Positions 10,796 through 24,107 of a DNA stretch of 64,000 bases are shown here, piece by piece. Within the stretch, counting starts at the first letter, position 1. Every line of letters begins with the position of its first letter. The stretch lies in assembly GCA_020536535.1 (NCBI GenBank), contig JAHLWZ010000498.1, positions 1-64,000 on the forward strand, read 5' to 3'. The notes below the pieces were generated by a model that saw nothing but the letters and a program-made list of their open reading frames with translations, was not told where the DNA came from and did no database searches. A program made the translations under genes and the position numbers. This DNA is from Pelomyxa schiedti (lineage: Eukaryota > Protista > Evosea).

Positions 10796-13700
10796 ATGAG
10801 TGTTCATGAAGTTTGCAACGGCGTCGTTTTCGTTTGTACTGTAGCTGCAGCGTTTTTGTTGTGGCCATCGTTTGCTGCTGTGGTCTTAGTAGATGAATCC
10901 AACATGTACGGATGCGACGTCTCTTCTTATTTCGATCCGGCTACGTTGAATTGTCTTCCTTGTGGTGGAACCAACCTAACTCGTGATGACACAACAGGTT
11001 GGCATTTTTTTCTTTTGCAAAGGTTTTTGCGTATTTTCGGTTCCAGTTAAATTGATGCAGGATTGAGCTGCACATGTGCAAATGGGTGCGTGTGGACAGA
11101 TGAAACTACGTGCACCCCTTGTGGCTATGTATGTTTGCATCAATTCTGAGATGAGGAGTGACACTACTCTTTAGGGGACTGTACCATCAGCTGATAACCT
11201 AGTCTGCGTGTTGTGTGCAGCTTCGACACTTGGAGTGGACACAGACTTGGATGACTGCCTGTGTGCTGAAAATGCTATTGTAGGTGCGTGCTATTCCTAC
11301 TCTCATGACTTTTTGTTGTTATTTAACAACAAACCCCAGTTGAATTTGATGATAATGGAGACAGACTTCTCGAAAAAATTTGTAGGGTGTGTCCTCAAGG
11401 CTATACTCCAGAGTCTTCATCCCACCCACATGTGTGCTCATCTTGCTCTGATTCGTCTATGATAAGTGGCTCTGATGGAACATGCTCCTGTGTATCCCCA
11501 ACCATTTTAGTACGTTGTCCATTCTTACTTCCTAGTTTATAATTGCTGTCAAGGTTGGAAACAAGTGCATTGATTCAACAGTAGCTAACGGATTGGGTGA
11601 CTACAGCTCTGATGCAACCTGCACAGTAAACTACAATTCTGTCAAGGAAGACGATTCAGCTAAAGCTACATCATTGGCATTCGTAAGTGATACCTTTAAG
11701 CAATATCAAGATGGTGCTGTGAAGCTCTGTACGGTAACTGCTCTACCTCTCGCCTATGCCACATTCTAACTACTGCAGCTTGAAGATGAGCAGTACTGTC
11801 AGATTCTTGGAAATCTCTGTGTGCTGCAAAACTATGACGAGACTTCCTCCGCATGTGCGCAGTATTCATTGCTTGCCACTCAGCGGAAACCTGCACCTCC
11901 TGGTCCCAACAATATTCCGTATTGGTATCTCCGAATTACCCTGCACAAACCATCTTAAAAATTCAGGCCAACTGGCATGCCATGGCTACTATATTCAAAT
12001 GTAATTGCTACAGATATTCTGACAGCTCCAACTATTCAAATGAAAGTAGCTTTCAAAAATAACAGTAAATCGGTGCGGTGAGCATTCAGTTCTTTTAGTT
12101 TTTTCTTGATTTATTTTAATTACTTTTATAAACTCACTTCACTCCCGCAATCCACTCATTTTCTTGATTAGGAATTTGATCTCCTGTACTATCTTGCTCA
12201 GTACTCACTAGAAGGGGAATTCTTGGGATTCACACCACTCACGAGTCAATTTTTGGTATTTGGAATTCCTTCACCTCTGTACTGATTTTTTTCTTTTCTT
12301 ACAGCTCTGTGGTTCCTTGGACCCTTCCTTCTTCAGTTATGGGACGAATCAAAAAATTATTTGTAAATATGATCTGTCCCAGTATCTGAATGAAGCATCA
12401 CAAACTGTATTCTACGACTTATGTGAGCGAGCTAAAAGTTACTGTGTTTTCCTTATTGTGAGCAGATATTACCGATTATGGGAATAGTTCACTACAACCC
12501 GTACCAGTTCTGCTCATGAATTATCAGAGAGTTGTCCCTTAATCTTTCCTGTGCCACAACTAAACTGCGATATCAAAAAAAAAAAAAAAGTCTGGCTCCT
12601 ATGTAAATGATGACATGTCAACTGCTCAACTGACACGGCGATTCTTTATGATTGACACCTTAAGTGGTCGCAACCCTATAAACTCAGCTCCACAAGTCAT
12701 CAGATTCCCACGAGAAATCAAATTAGAGTAAGGTTAAATGTACACCTCAACATATTCACGTCCCCTTCAAGAGTGACTCCTAGGGATGGGGATCCCCAGT
12801 ACATGAATACTCCCCTTCTGACTTTGAAATATGAAGAAAGATCCAGTTCTGTAATTCTTTCTGGACAATCGACAACTGAAGTGCGAACTCTTTTTTTCTT
12901 TATTCCATAAAGGGTATTTATGTCCTATAGCTCACAGTGGAGATTATCTATCATGACGAAGGTGACACTTGGCAGCTACTTCAGTTAGTCTTGTTGATAT
13001 TTGGAATGGTCATCACAGGGATATGGTGGATTTATCGGCTCGTTTGCTGGATGAGGAAGAATCCCGGGGCATCTGTCGCTGTGTGTCATTTACCATTTAA
13101 TACGCTCGTTGTAATCTATCATCAGTTACTAGTTCAAGCAGTGGTACTTGCAATGGATACATTTGCAAATGTCTTTTTCTTCATAATGCTCGGCGAAACT
13201 GCATATATGTACGTCTACTACAAGGGACAATCCGAAGTTAAATTCTTACTTCCGATGTTGCAATCGGGGTTTTATCAATTTGAAGTTACTCTTGTAATAG
13301 CATGGACAGGGAAGGTATCATCACTGTACGAGCAATTAGACGACTAAGAATCATTTTTTGCATTTTGGCAGGCCTTAAGGATACTGTACCTTATATACTG
13401 GCACAGCTCGATAAATATCTTTTTCGTGGATTGGGAAAAATCACGAGGCAAAGTACCAATTAAAGGATCTAATAGCCCCCCAGTTCCTGTTCCTGTTGGG
13501 GTATGGCGAACTCTCCTAGCTGTAAATGAGTGGAACAGAGCACAGGTTCTACCAACTCAATGTGCTTTTCTACATTAAAACAATAAAACAAAGAATGCTA
13601 GGATGGTTTCACCTGGTCTAACTCTTGCAATTTTAATGTGCGCTCTTCTTGGTCTCAACGGCTTGTACCTTGCAAAACCGCAGCCTTCAAGGGAGCACAG

Positions 13701-14791
13701 CCCTGGTGAAGTTAACCCCGCACTGGGTTATACTGTTTGTTGTTTTGCTTGGTTAATTGTGGCATTAATTCAGGTTCATTCGAGCTTCCCTTATCTTTCT
13801 TTCTTAACTGGAGAATAGGTGATATACCACTACACAATTAGGTTCAGATGGTTCAAAGACGAAACTACATTATTTGTAGATTTGCTCTCAGTCTCCAACT
13901 TGAGTTGCTTCATTTTCACTGACTCGAGTTACGGTTACTACATTCATGGGAAGTCGGTCCATGCAGTTTGTGATACAAATATGCTTGGCCTAAATGCAAA
14001 TTTAAAAGCAGAAAAGGTTCGCCACAAACTGCAGAGAAGAGTTACTCACCTCCAAAAAGGATAGCCTGACACCCAAAAGAGGTCTTGTGGAAGGCTCGGA
14101 TCAACAGATTTTTGAAATTTATCCTACTCCCTCGTTTTGTGCTGATGTTCAGGCTCTTTATTTTTATCTTGTTGATATGGAGCGCACATTTGGAGGTATT
14201 ACCTGTTGCAGATCTTGTTCATACAAATAGAATCTTTCTTTCAGATAGGGACTCCAACTTTGTTGTTAATAGACTGTCTTTCAGACGCAGTGTACCAGCA
14301 GCGCACCTTTTACAAGGTTACAAAGCTTTAAATGCTTTCTTCAAATTGTTTATTTCCAAGGTGAGATAAACAAAGCTTCCCCAAATACCTAACATTTAAG
14401 AACATAGACCAGCACAGCCCACAAGTATACTGTGGGACCCATGCGACCCTTATTGTTACGGCTGTTTGGGTTCCCAGACGCCGGATCATTGACTACCACC
14501 CCTGAAACTAAATTCTATCCTCGTAAGACCAACATCAAGCAAAACCAGTAATCTCACAGCCTCACAGTAAACCGAGATTTCAACAAGCTATGGCTAGTGG
14601 GCATAGAATTCGACATGATTGTATTCAACTCACTCATGTTCCTACTGGTGTCATGGTTCCTATCCTATGACATTGCAATTGCTTGTGTTGTATGTGCTGG
14701 CTCTGACACACTCATCGTTGCTCTGCGACGCTGGTTCGTTGAAAAGAACCTCTCCTACAAAACCCTCATCGACCCACGTTTCATGTTGTAA
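10796..14791 (+). CDS. TMEM67: Meckelin (ciliary transition-zone protein MKS3)
   Basis: Signal peptide plus Cys-rich ectodomain; IFFVDWEKSRG, VWRTLLAVNEWN, FVDLLSVSNLS..YGYYIHGKSVH..DTNM; C-terminus NLSYKTLIDPRFML. Confidence 0.95.
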
Positions 14792-15015
14792 AAAAAAATG
14801 TGCATCACCTTTTTTCGTACTTTCTAATTCCTCGTTTGTTTTAGTTGATTCAATATTTGATGGCCGCCACAGGGACACCCCCAAGCCCGTGAGTGTTGTT
14901 AGTGGTTTATTCTCCCATTGGTAGTTTCTAAATCTCAATTGTGGGTCGGGACACCAGGGGATCGAAAAGCACCAGCGAGGTACTTGACGACGAGCTGTTG
15001 GCAGCCCTCGATTCG

Positions 15016-16693
15016 ATGAGCGAGGAGGCAACCTCATCAACATCACCATCCACATCACCAACCAGCCTCACAACGGCAGTCCTGGCCGCAACAAGTGGAT
15101 ATGATGCCGTAACCATCACAGGCACCAGCACGACCACTACCACTAGCAGCACTAGCACTAGCACGAGCACCGCCACTGCCACTGCAACTGCAACTGCTAC
15201 TACCAGTCCCATAAGTACCAGCAGCGGGACACCACCGCCCGTTAAGGCGTACCCAAAGTACAACCACGTGCAGAAGGTGCTGTGCCTGGCGAATGTGCCT
15301 TATATGGCAACTAGGTTCAGCGGGAACTGTAAAACAATAGAACTGCAAACGCTGAGGGCGATGTGCGAATTTCTGATAAAACCCGAAGTCATCTCCATGC
15401 TAGGTTTGTTTGATTATTATTTGCTATTGCTCGGCTTTTCTCTTCTTTTTGAGATTATTTGTCGTTTTATTTAAAACTCTTAGCTAAGTACCTTTTTTTT
15501 TTTTTAAATACAGGGCAATGGGAGGTTGCTTGGGGGCCTGTGTGCTATGAGACTGCTGTATCAGTTATTGCGGACAATACCTTCTGTGTGTTGCATAGCA
15601 TTGACGAACCAGCCACATACTGCGTTGCATTATGTGGTACCAACCCATTGTCCATTTACAGTTGGATCTTCCAAGTAACTTCCCACCTGAAATCTAGCCC
15701 CTTACCAATATTCCCTTCGAGGATTTGAATTCATCCCAAGTGCCTTGGCCTTTTAGTTCCTCTAGTACAGGGGCAATGATTTCCAAGGGGACCCTTAGTG
15801 CGCTCCAATGGATAGTTAGAGTCACGAGCACAAACTTTCAACCTGAAAACTCTGAGCGCACATTGCTACAGTTTTTGGAAAATAAAACCAGTGCCCTCTG
15901 TGGTTTGTTCTTTGGAAAATATTCCTAATGTCTCACAACTTTACAAAGCCAAGGGGATGAAGATGAATTTGATTGTTACCGGCCACAGCTTGGGAGGTGC
16001 TTTGTCCCCAGCAGTTGCTCTATACCTTGCAGACATGTCACGTGACTGGGATCCCCATGGTGTATGCACAATTGAGACAATGCCCTTTGCAGGTCCTACC
16101 ATCGGTATCAATTTAACCTCATACTTTCAAGTTTTCTTCCAACCACAAGACCAAATTCAGGAAACACGGAGCTGGTCTCATACGCCGAATCCAAATTAGG
16201 GCGCCACATGCAGTGCATCCGCAACTACTATGACATGGTGCCACATGCTTGGAACCGCACTTTATTGGCAGAGATTCCCAGTTTATATGAGCCTGTCATA
16301 CGATCAAAGAACATTTCTTTGATCATTAGCTTGTGGCTGAAGATGTCCCGTGCAGACCACAAACACCTCTGTTCAGAACAACCTTGGCTACGGACAACCA
16401 AGCCAACAGTTACTAGATCGTTCTTTGCAGGTTCTCTTCAAGCCTGTTAATAAAATTCATCACCACAACAGCTTCGCCTCGCTATTATTAATAATGAAAC
16501 TAATTCTTACATCACAGAGACTAGCTTCCAGCACCTCAAGGCCTATTTCGTTGCTTTGAGCTGCACTGAAATTCTCCCCTTGATGGGTCCCTATATGCCA
16601 GTATTTAATGACCTACTGAATGACCCAGGTGACGCCTCATTATGGGCTACAATGAAAGCTGCCCTCAAGCTCTCCAGAACCCACCGTTCATAA
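15016..16693 (+). CDS. Class 3 lipase (alpha/beta hydrolase) with Ser/Thr-rich N-terminus
   Basis: VTGHSLGGAL nucleophile motif, FAGPTIG, YDMVPHAW. Confidence 0.9.
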
Positions 16694-16754
16694 TTATGGA
16701 ATCCAATGAGAATGCCATTATTTTTTTTTTCACACTTTTTTGTATTTTGTTTGC

Positions 16755-19700
16755 CTACAGCTCCAATTCTTTGTTTAATATAGCTTCCAGAATCTCCAGA
16801 GCTTGAGCAAAGGCTAGCAACGATTTTAGAAAGGGGAAAGTCAGAGAATATACCAACTTGGGCGGTCGTCTGGTTTCTGGCTCCATGCAGAAGCTATCAG
16901 TTGTGCGTAGGCAGTTGGACAATCCGCGGGAATAGGCTCCCGCTTTCCGGAAACAACAAACTCATCTGAGAAGATGGTTAGTGCATTATGTACCTGTTTA
17001 GTTTGGGAGGAAAATAGGGGTCTCACAGAAATCGGGCACGGTGGAATAAGGTGTTGCCTCGGTGTAAAGCTGCCATAACATAACACCAAAACTAAACACA
17101 TCAGCAGGTGGTCCATATTCTTCTTTATGCAGAATTTCTTATGATTTGGAGTTGGACGAGAAGATGGAAATGTGGTGTATAGTAATACCTGGAGCCATAT
17201 CTATAATAAGGCGCAAACAGTTTGGGAGGTGAAAAGTTGCCAGAAAAAAAGGTGTTTACATGTTGGGGTGCCAATAAGTAATGTCATTTGCCTATCAGAT
17301 GTCGCTGTGACATTGGAAGTATCTGTCATTATAACTCGAGTTCCCACTGCTCTGGAAGTTCCAAAATCAGATACCTGAAATAGGTTTGAAAAGAGAAGTG
17401 GAAATCCAACTAGTTTGGAATTACCTTGCACGTCGTTTGAGCATGTTTGTCCAATGAGACAACGAGAACTGTGGCCAAGTTAGAATAAACACTGTGTACA
17501 TCTCGAACATACCATTGTCAGGCTGAAATGGTAAAGGAAGAATAATAAGTTGGTTAGTGAATTTTCAACGAATAAAATATGGAGATACTTTCAGGTCTCG
17601 ATGGACCATGCTATTACCGTGCTAAAAAAAAAAGTGAGGGGCTAAGAAAGAAAGTATTGGATTTACCAAATAGGCCATCCCTGTAATACAGTTAGAGGAA
17701 ATACAGTCAAACGAAAATGAGACCTGTTGCAACATCATGTGCAATTTTTACTTTTAGTCCCCAATCCATCCCTTTGCGTTTCTGGGGTTTTCCCCTTTTA
17801 GTTAAGGAGAGTGATGGAGTTTATTTCACCTTCAGTACAGATGTAAGACTTCCATAGGGCATGTACTCCTATTGGAAAGCTGGAAAACAAGAATGAAAAA
17901 GTTGTGACTTACAGTTACTAGACAAAGCTAGAAGATCGAGTTCAAAAACCAGTAAGGTGTTGAAGCAATAGGAAATTACGAATGGGGAATACCTTTTCAG
18001 CAACTGACACACTGCTTTAATATTAGATAACCTTTGCATAGGGAAAAAACATACGCGCCAATGAAGTTGACTATCTGTGAATGCCTCAATTGTGTCATAA
18101 GTGTTACCTCTCTGTAAATAAGTGAGACAAAGGTTAGAGATTGGTTTTTTACCGTTTAAACTCGAGCAAGGAATTGTCCGTTGGGTGCTGATCTTTAAGA
18201 TACTTTATGGCAACAGCTGCGTGGTGATACTTTCCTCTCCTGTATAGGATTGTTGGGTAAAGAAACTTTTGGGCATTGCTGTCTTACCACACTGTTGCAA
18301 AGCTACCCTCCCCAATTGGCTCTTCAAAGATGAGATCCATGTAATTGAGCTAGTGAAGGTTTAAAACTATTGAAGTAGAAGAAATGAGGTCCTACATGAG
18401 TTGAAAGAGCACTGGATAAACACACATGGATCTTATTACAAAATTCAGCTTGTGCTTCCGTTAGAGTCTTGAACTTTTTTTTTGCTACGAAAATTAGAAT
18501 CTGAATACTGTTCAATGGTTGAAACCTCCAGATGACAGAAGGCAGACATTGACATCAACTGTCATGGAACAAATCACTTTAAGAGTAAGATTTATTTTAA
18601 CTTCTTTTCCCTGGTATTTGTAAGGTGATGCATGATGGAGTTGAGGTACCTTCTTGAGGAGAAGTGATGGGGTGTCAACAGAAATTGTGAATCGGTCATC
18701 TTGTGGTAAATGAAAGGCTATGAACATGGTAGGCCCATTGTTCTTCACTGTAATGACGTCATGTAGTTCCTTCAGACAGAAAATTTGTCATCTCTTTTGA
18801 GAAGGGAAAATAAGAGATACCTTGTCAACAGCACCAGGTTCAGTCTCACACCCAAAGGCGAGATTGTCTGGTTTGATCTGTATAAGGTGAATGACACGTA
18901 ATGCTGAGAGAGCATACAATCAGTTGACTTGTACTGTTCTGTGGTGGAATTACAAAGGGAGGCGGTGAGAAGACTGGCTTGTTGACTTTAACAGGTATCA
19001 CGGATTGAGGGTTCGAGTCCGTTGAAGCGGCGGAAGAGGCTGAAGCAGCACTGGAGGAACTAGAAGTTGAACTGGAAGAGCTCGAGGATGCAGCTGAGGA
19101 ACTGGATGAACCACTGGAGGAGTTAGAAGTCGACAAAGGAGTGCTCTCTTTTACGTCAGGCACAACAGCAGGCGAAGTCGGAGGTGGGGGTTCAGCAGAT
19201 TTCTTTGTCTGAGGTGCAGGCTCTGGTGATGGCGGTTTGATACAAGAGGTAGATTTTTGACGAGAAATTGCATGCGTTGGCTGTATGGGTTCCGTAGGTT
19301 GCGTAGGTTGAACATCAACAGACTGTTGAATGGGAACAATTGGTTCTGCAATTGGTTCTGCTGTTTGGTCCGAGTTGGATTGTTGATTGGGGAGTGGAGG
19401 TAGGACTTTTACATAGGTGTGAGTGTGGGCAGGCTGGGTGTGTGGTTCTGATGGTTGTTTGTTCAATGACTGCTGAGATGACTGGTGGGACAGTAGTGGG
19501 GTCTGTGAGGGGGTGCTCTGTTGGGCGGGAGGCGGGGGAGCGTGGGGTGGGGTCTGTGGTGATGATTGCTGTGAGTATGTCGGCTGTGCGTATGCTTGTG
19601 GATACTGTTGAGCCTGTGTTTGCGTTTGGTATTGAGGTTGCAATTGGTACTGTTGTGGTTGATACTGTTGAGGTTGTGGTTGTGGTTGTGGCTGATATTG

Positions 19701-20667
19701 TTGGTATTGTGGGTCTTCGGGTCCAGGGTACTGAGCAGGAACTTCCCCCGGCTGATATGAGGCTTGAATTTGAGGGTACTGTTGGTACTGTGCCTGTGTG
19801 TACTGAGGTGCATACTGCGGCTGTGCATATGCTTGTGGATATTGTTGTGACCAGTCATGATAAGGCTCTGCCTGAGGAGAAGCCGGTTGTGTATACTGAG
19901 GTGTGTATGCATATTGCTCTTGTTGTTGCCATCCTTGCTGCTGCCACTGTTGAGTATTTGGTTGTTGTTGCCACTGCTGTGCAGTTTGTGACTGAGGAGG
20001 CCGTTGCTGTTGTTGCGGCCAAGTTTGTTGGGGCCAAGACTGCCCCATGTATGTTGCAGGACGAGGACCTGTCTCAAAAAAGTATACCTGGGGTTGTAAG
20101 GGCACCCCAGCTTTACTGCGTATGAAGGCTTTGCTTGTGCTATTCAGCTGCAAACCATATCTTCACCATTATAATAAGTGAGAACAAATAAAGGAGGGTG
20201 ATAGTCCCACACTTTGTGGAGTAATTAAGCTTCTCAGTGTTGACACCCAGCCACAGCTCAGTCTCAGAGACCCACATGATCCTCTCCTGCTGCACCGGCA
20301 ACGGCGACGCCCCCGTGGGGCTGAAAACAGACTGCCTGGCCTCGAGGGTCATGTCCATCGGGCGGTCAAACTGAACCGACACGGCGCTCACCCCGCCGGG
20401 CGCGACGTCGCGCGCGCCCATCGGCGGGTTGAAGGACATGATCCTCGGCGTGTGCGGATTTATGGGAGAGGTGGAGGCCGCCGCCGGGTGATGCACAATC
20501 GACGCCGACGACGGCATCGGGGGCCCAAGGGCCGCGCACTGCGGCGGCGCCGCGAGCTTGGCGACCACGACGCCCCCGGACGACGTGGTCAGCACGGCCG
20601 GCGTGGCCGTGGGCATCCCGCCGTTCTGCGGTGGCACCACTACGACGATTCGACCCGACGTACGCAT
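16755..20667 (-). CDS. TKL-group protein kinase with N-terminal Ig-like (Big_5-type) domain, Q/P-rich linker and pre-kinase Ig-like domain
   Basis: IGEGSFATV, VAIKV, LRHSQIVNFIG, HRDLK/PDNVLVVSLD, VSDFGTSR; N-terminal SFNPPMGARDV..VSVQFDRPMD..YFFETG. Confidence 0.9.
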
Positions 20668-20924
20668 CGTTGTCGTTTTACGCGTAACGTAACGCTTCGC
20701 CGCTGTTTGTTTGTGTCGTTGTTGATCGTTAGGGTTTTTTTTTTTTTATTTTGTTTTTGTTTGTTTGTTTTGCTTGTCTTGCTTCGTTCCTTTGTGTATT
20801 TTGGGGCTTTGTGAGTGGAAATCTTTTTTTGTTCTCCTTGTAACAACTAGGATCTACTTTGGCGTTTCTTTTTGGGGGCGGGGAAATTCCCCGGCTGAGC
20901 TGGCACCCGAATCAATCACCCAAT

Positions 20925-22601
20925 TCAACCGCCGCGTATGTCTCGCTCGTTGACTATTCTCAGTGGGTGCGCGTATGGGCTGTTCCAGTCCCGCGAGAAT
21001 ACCTTGTGGTGTAAATGGGCAGAAATGTGGTCGCTCACAATGACCATCGTCACTCCCGCTGTTGTCTTTGGGTTTTTGTTTTTGTTAGTGGTGGTTTCGC
21101 GAGAAAAAGGGTGTGACTTGCCTTGAAGTAGTCTGCCGTCCAGTTATTGTTGCTTATGTACGCCTCCTTTTCTGTTACCATAAATTTTGCGTGATTCACC
21201 CTAGTGAAGGGCACTGGATCGGAGCCAATCATATCTTGAGATATTGGAAGGCGTAAGAGGAGACTGTCGTATGTACCTGGGACAACAAACCACCTTACAG
21301 AGGTGTTGTTGAGAGAATTGAGAGAGTTCACGTACTGATGCATCCCCTTACTGGTGTGATTCCACATGCTTACAAGCAATCGTACTTGCACCCCTCTAAA
21401 GGCAGCTGATCTCAAGGCATCGTCGATTTCGGGCCAGTAGTAGTTGGTTGATGCATACAGCGATGCAGGGCGATAGTCCATCACTTCGATATCTGCATTT
21501 AGACTCAGTGTTCACTGCGTGTACAACTAGTTACCAATATATTTTGTGGCCCTATTAATGATATCAACTGTCGTTCCATCAGCTGAGTCTCTCCCTGGAG
21601 TAACAAACTGTGGTGGGGAGACACTGAAGTATACGGCGGACTTCATGTTGCCATTGAATGTTATATAAGCTGGATTCTTGGAATTATATTTTGTTTCAAA
21701 CATCGAGAACCATCTAGTGAAGTTAGGTTTGTTATCTTCACGTCATTACTTTTTAGGAAGAGTTTGCGTTTCAGATGCTTTCCACCACATTTCAAACAGT
21801 TTCATCAAGTCTTTGGCCAGTTCAGGGCAATTCTCTACCACCGCTCCCAGCTCTTTCACTGGAAATACGATCAAAGACAACATTGGATACTTCCTTCATA
21901 CCTTGGGTCAATGAGCGCCAATCCATATTAGCACTTCCCAAGTAGAAATGTGCTCTATCCACAACTATAAGCTTGGTGTGGAAGATTCCACTTGATATCT
22001 AAGTACTTAGGCAACGCGAGGACGAACACATGGCCTCTTACATCAGGAGACAATCCCCTAAAGTCCAGAGATCTTACATCCGCTACTCCCTCTTTCATCA
22101 GTTCCAGAGGATCTGATCCTGGGAAAGGGCCACCTGGTTTATTCTACACCCCTTTGTTCAATCCGTACATTCAGAATTGGTAACTACCTGTATGATCCTT
22201 ACTTTTACTCCTCTTTGCAATGCGGCCTGTCTGATCTCCTGGTAAATGCTTTGTCCCTTCCAACCAGCGTGCAGAGAATCCACCAGGGTTCCATCACTCA
22301 GAGTCCAGTAAAATTCCGCAAAATCAAGTGTATGGGAAGCCCCTTTCATGAGATTCATCCACGCTTCATATGTACTATTGGCAGTTGGGAGTAGGAGTTG
22401 CTCTGGTATACTTTCCACAATCGTGATTTTCCTGCGTTATATTCATACTTTAGAACCGAATATGCACTGCTTCTTCAGTGATGGCAGGAGAACATACGGC
22501 CCACTTCCAGCTACGGCCAATGAGACACAACAGCACTGAAGAGCAACAACAATCAGCAGAAGACTTACAACGGCAGAAGTAGCTGAAGACGATCGAGTCA
22601 T
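20925..22601 (-). CDS. PLD3: PLD3/PLD4-family phospholipase D-like exonuclease, secreted or lysosomal
   Basis: Signal anchor; ESIPE; [22 protein letters not shown]; [20 protein letters not shown]; [10 protein letters not shown]. Confidence 0.93.
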
Positions 22602-22933
22602 GTCCTACAAACACACGCTCTTCTCACCGCTTACAGCAGATCTCGCACTGCTGTGTAGATCTCCTTTTACGCTTTGTTTTGTAACCTCTACTTGTTGCTG
22701 CTCCCTCTGTCCTTGCACTTGCCGAAATTACGAAATAAAATGACGCAATAAGATACAATCCCTTGTGACACCGACTCGGTGCCTTCACCCTCGAAAAAGA
22801 TCTCAGAATGGCATTCCTGGGTGCCTGAGACGACAATTTAATTGAGGTCTCCCTGTTGGGTTGTCATTCTTTGCATTCTTTTCCGTAAAAACGACCAGAA
22901 AAACAGAAACAGAAAAAAAAAAAAACCCTTCGG

Positions 22934-23890
22934 ATGACGAGCATTCAGTGGTTGGGGCACGCAACATTTGTGGTCACGTGCGGTACAACTAAGATCTACA
23001 TTGACCCGTGGATCTCCACTAATCCGGCCTGCCCTGAGCAGCTAAGGTCATTGTCTTTGCATCACCCCGACTTTATCCTCGTTTGTGTGTATTCAGCTTT
23101 GCTTATTTCTTGTTATTTTGACTTCTTTTTCGATTTGTTTAAGCTCATGGACACGGCGATCATCTCGGCGACACTGTTGAATTCCTGAAGCAGAACAGAG
23201 CCGCGAAGGCCTACGTCATTCACGAGTTGTCCTCCCTTCTTCAGGTCTTCTACCACGCCTCCTTTAAGAAAATAAAAGTAACTGTAATAGCTTGCTGGAG
23301 CCCCAGAGGACCAGCTTGTTGGTATGAACAAAGGTGGCACAGTCAACCTTGGCCCGATGCGAGCCACAATGGTCCATGCTCTTCATTCATCCAGCACTGA
23401 AAACGAGGGGCAGGGTATTGGTTCAAGCCCAATACACTATGCAGGTGAAGCAGCTGGATGGGTTGTGCACACTCCTCAAGGTACGCTTCTATATGGTGCA
23501 GTTAGTTATAAACTAAGAGTACTTTCAGGTGTCCTGTATCACTCTGGTGACACTGATGTGTTTTCTGACATGGAAATTATCAACAACATCTGGGGACCTA
23601 AGGTTTCAATTCTTTGCATTGGAGACCACTACACAATGGTTCTTCCTCTTCTCGAAGAGAATCACAGATAAAAGCTAACCATAATTATTCCATTCCAAAA
23701 GGGACCAGTCGGAGCAGCCTACGCCCTCACCAAGTACTTGACAAACACCAAAATTGTGATACCCATGCACTTTGGGACATTCCCCGTTCTTACCGGGAAC
23801 CCAGACCAACTAAGGTCACTCCTTCCCAAGACCCCTGCCTCCCCTGAAGTAAAGGCCATGACTCCTGGTGAGACCTGGTCTATGTCCTAA
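22934..23890 (+). CDS. Metallo-beta-lactamase-fold hydrolase (UPF0173-like, prokaryotic type)
   Basis: IQWLGHATF, IDPWIS.NP, SHGHGDH, AMVHALHSS-like segment, YHSGDT, IGDHYTMGP, IPMHFGTFP. Confidence 0.92.
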
Positions 23891-24107
23891 ATTCTAATTT
23901 TCATTCAAAAGCCCTTGTTCGTGTTTCCTTTTTTCCTTTGTGTTTCTTCTCGGTCTCGTGACTGTGTGCCTCGCCCGCGTCCAGTTTTTTGAGAGGCATT
24001 ACTTCCCTGGAACGAGATTCAGAAGAACAAGAAAGAAAAAAAATAAAAAAAAAACAAGCAGAGGAAAGCGAAAACACCAAACAACCAACAAACAAAAATA
24101 AAAAAAA

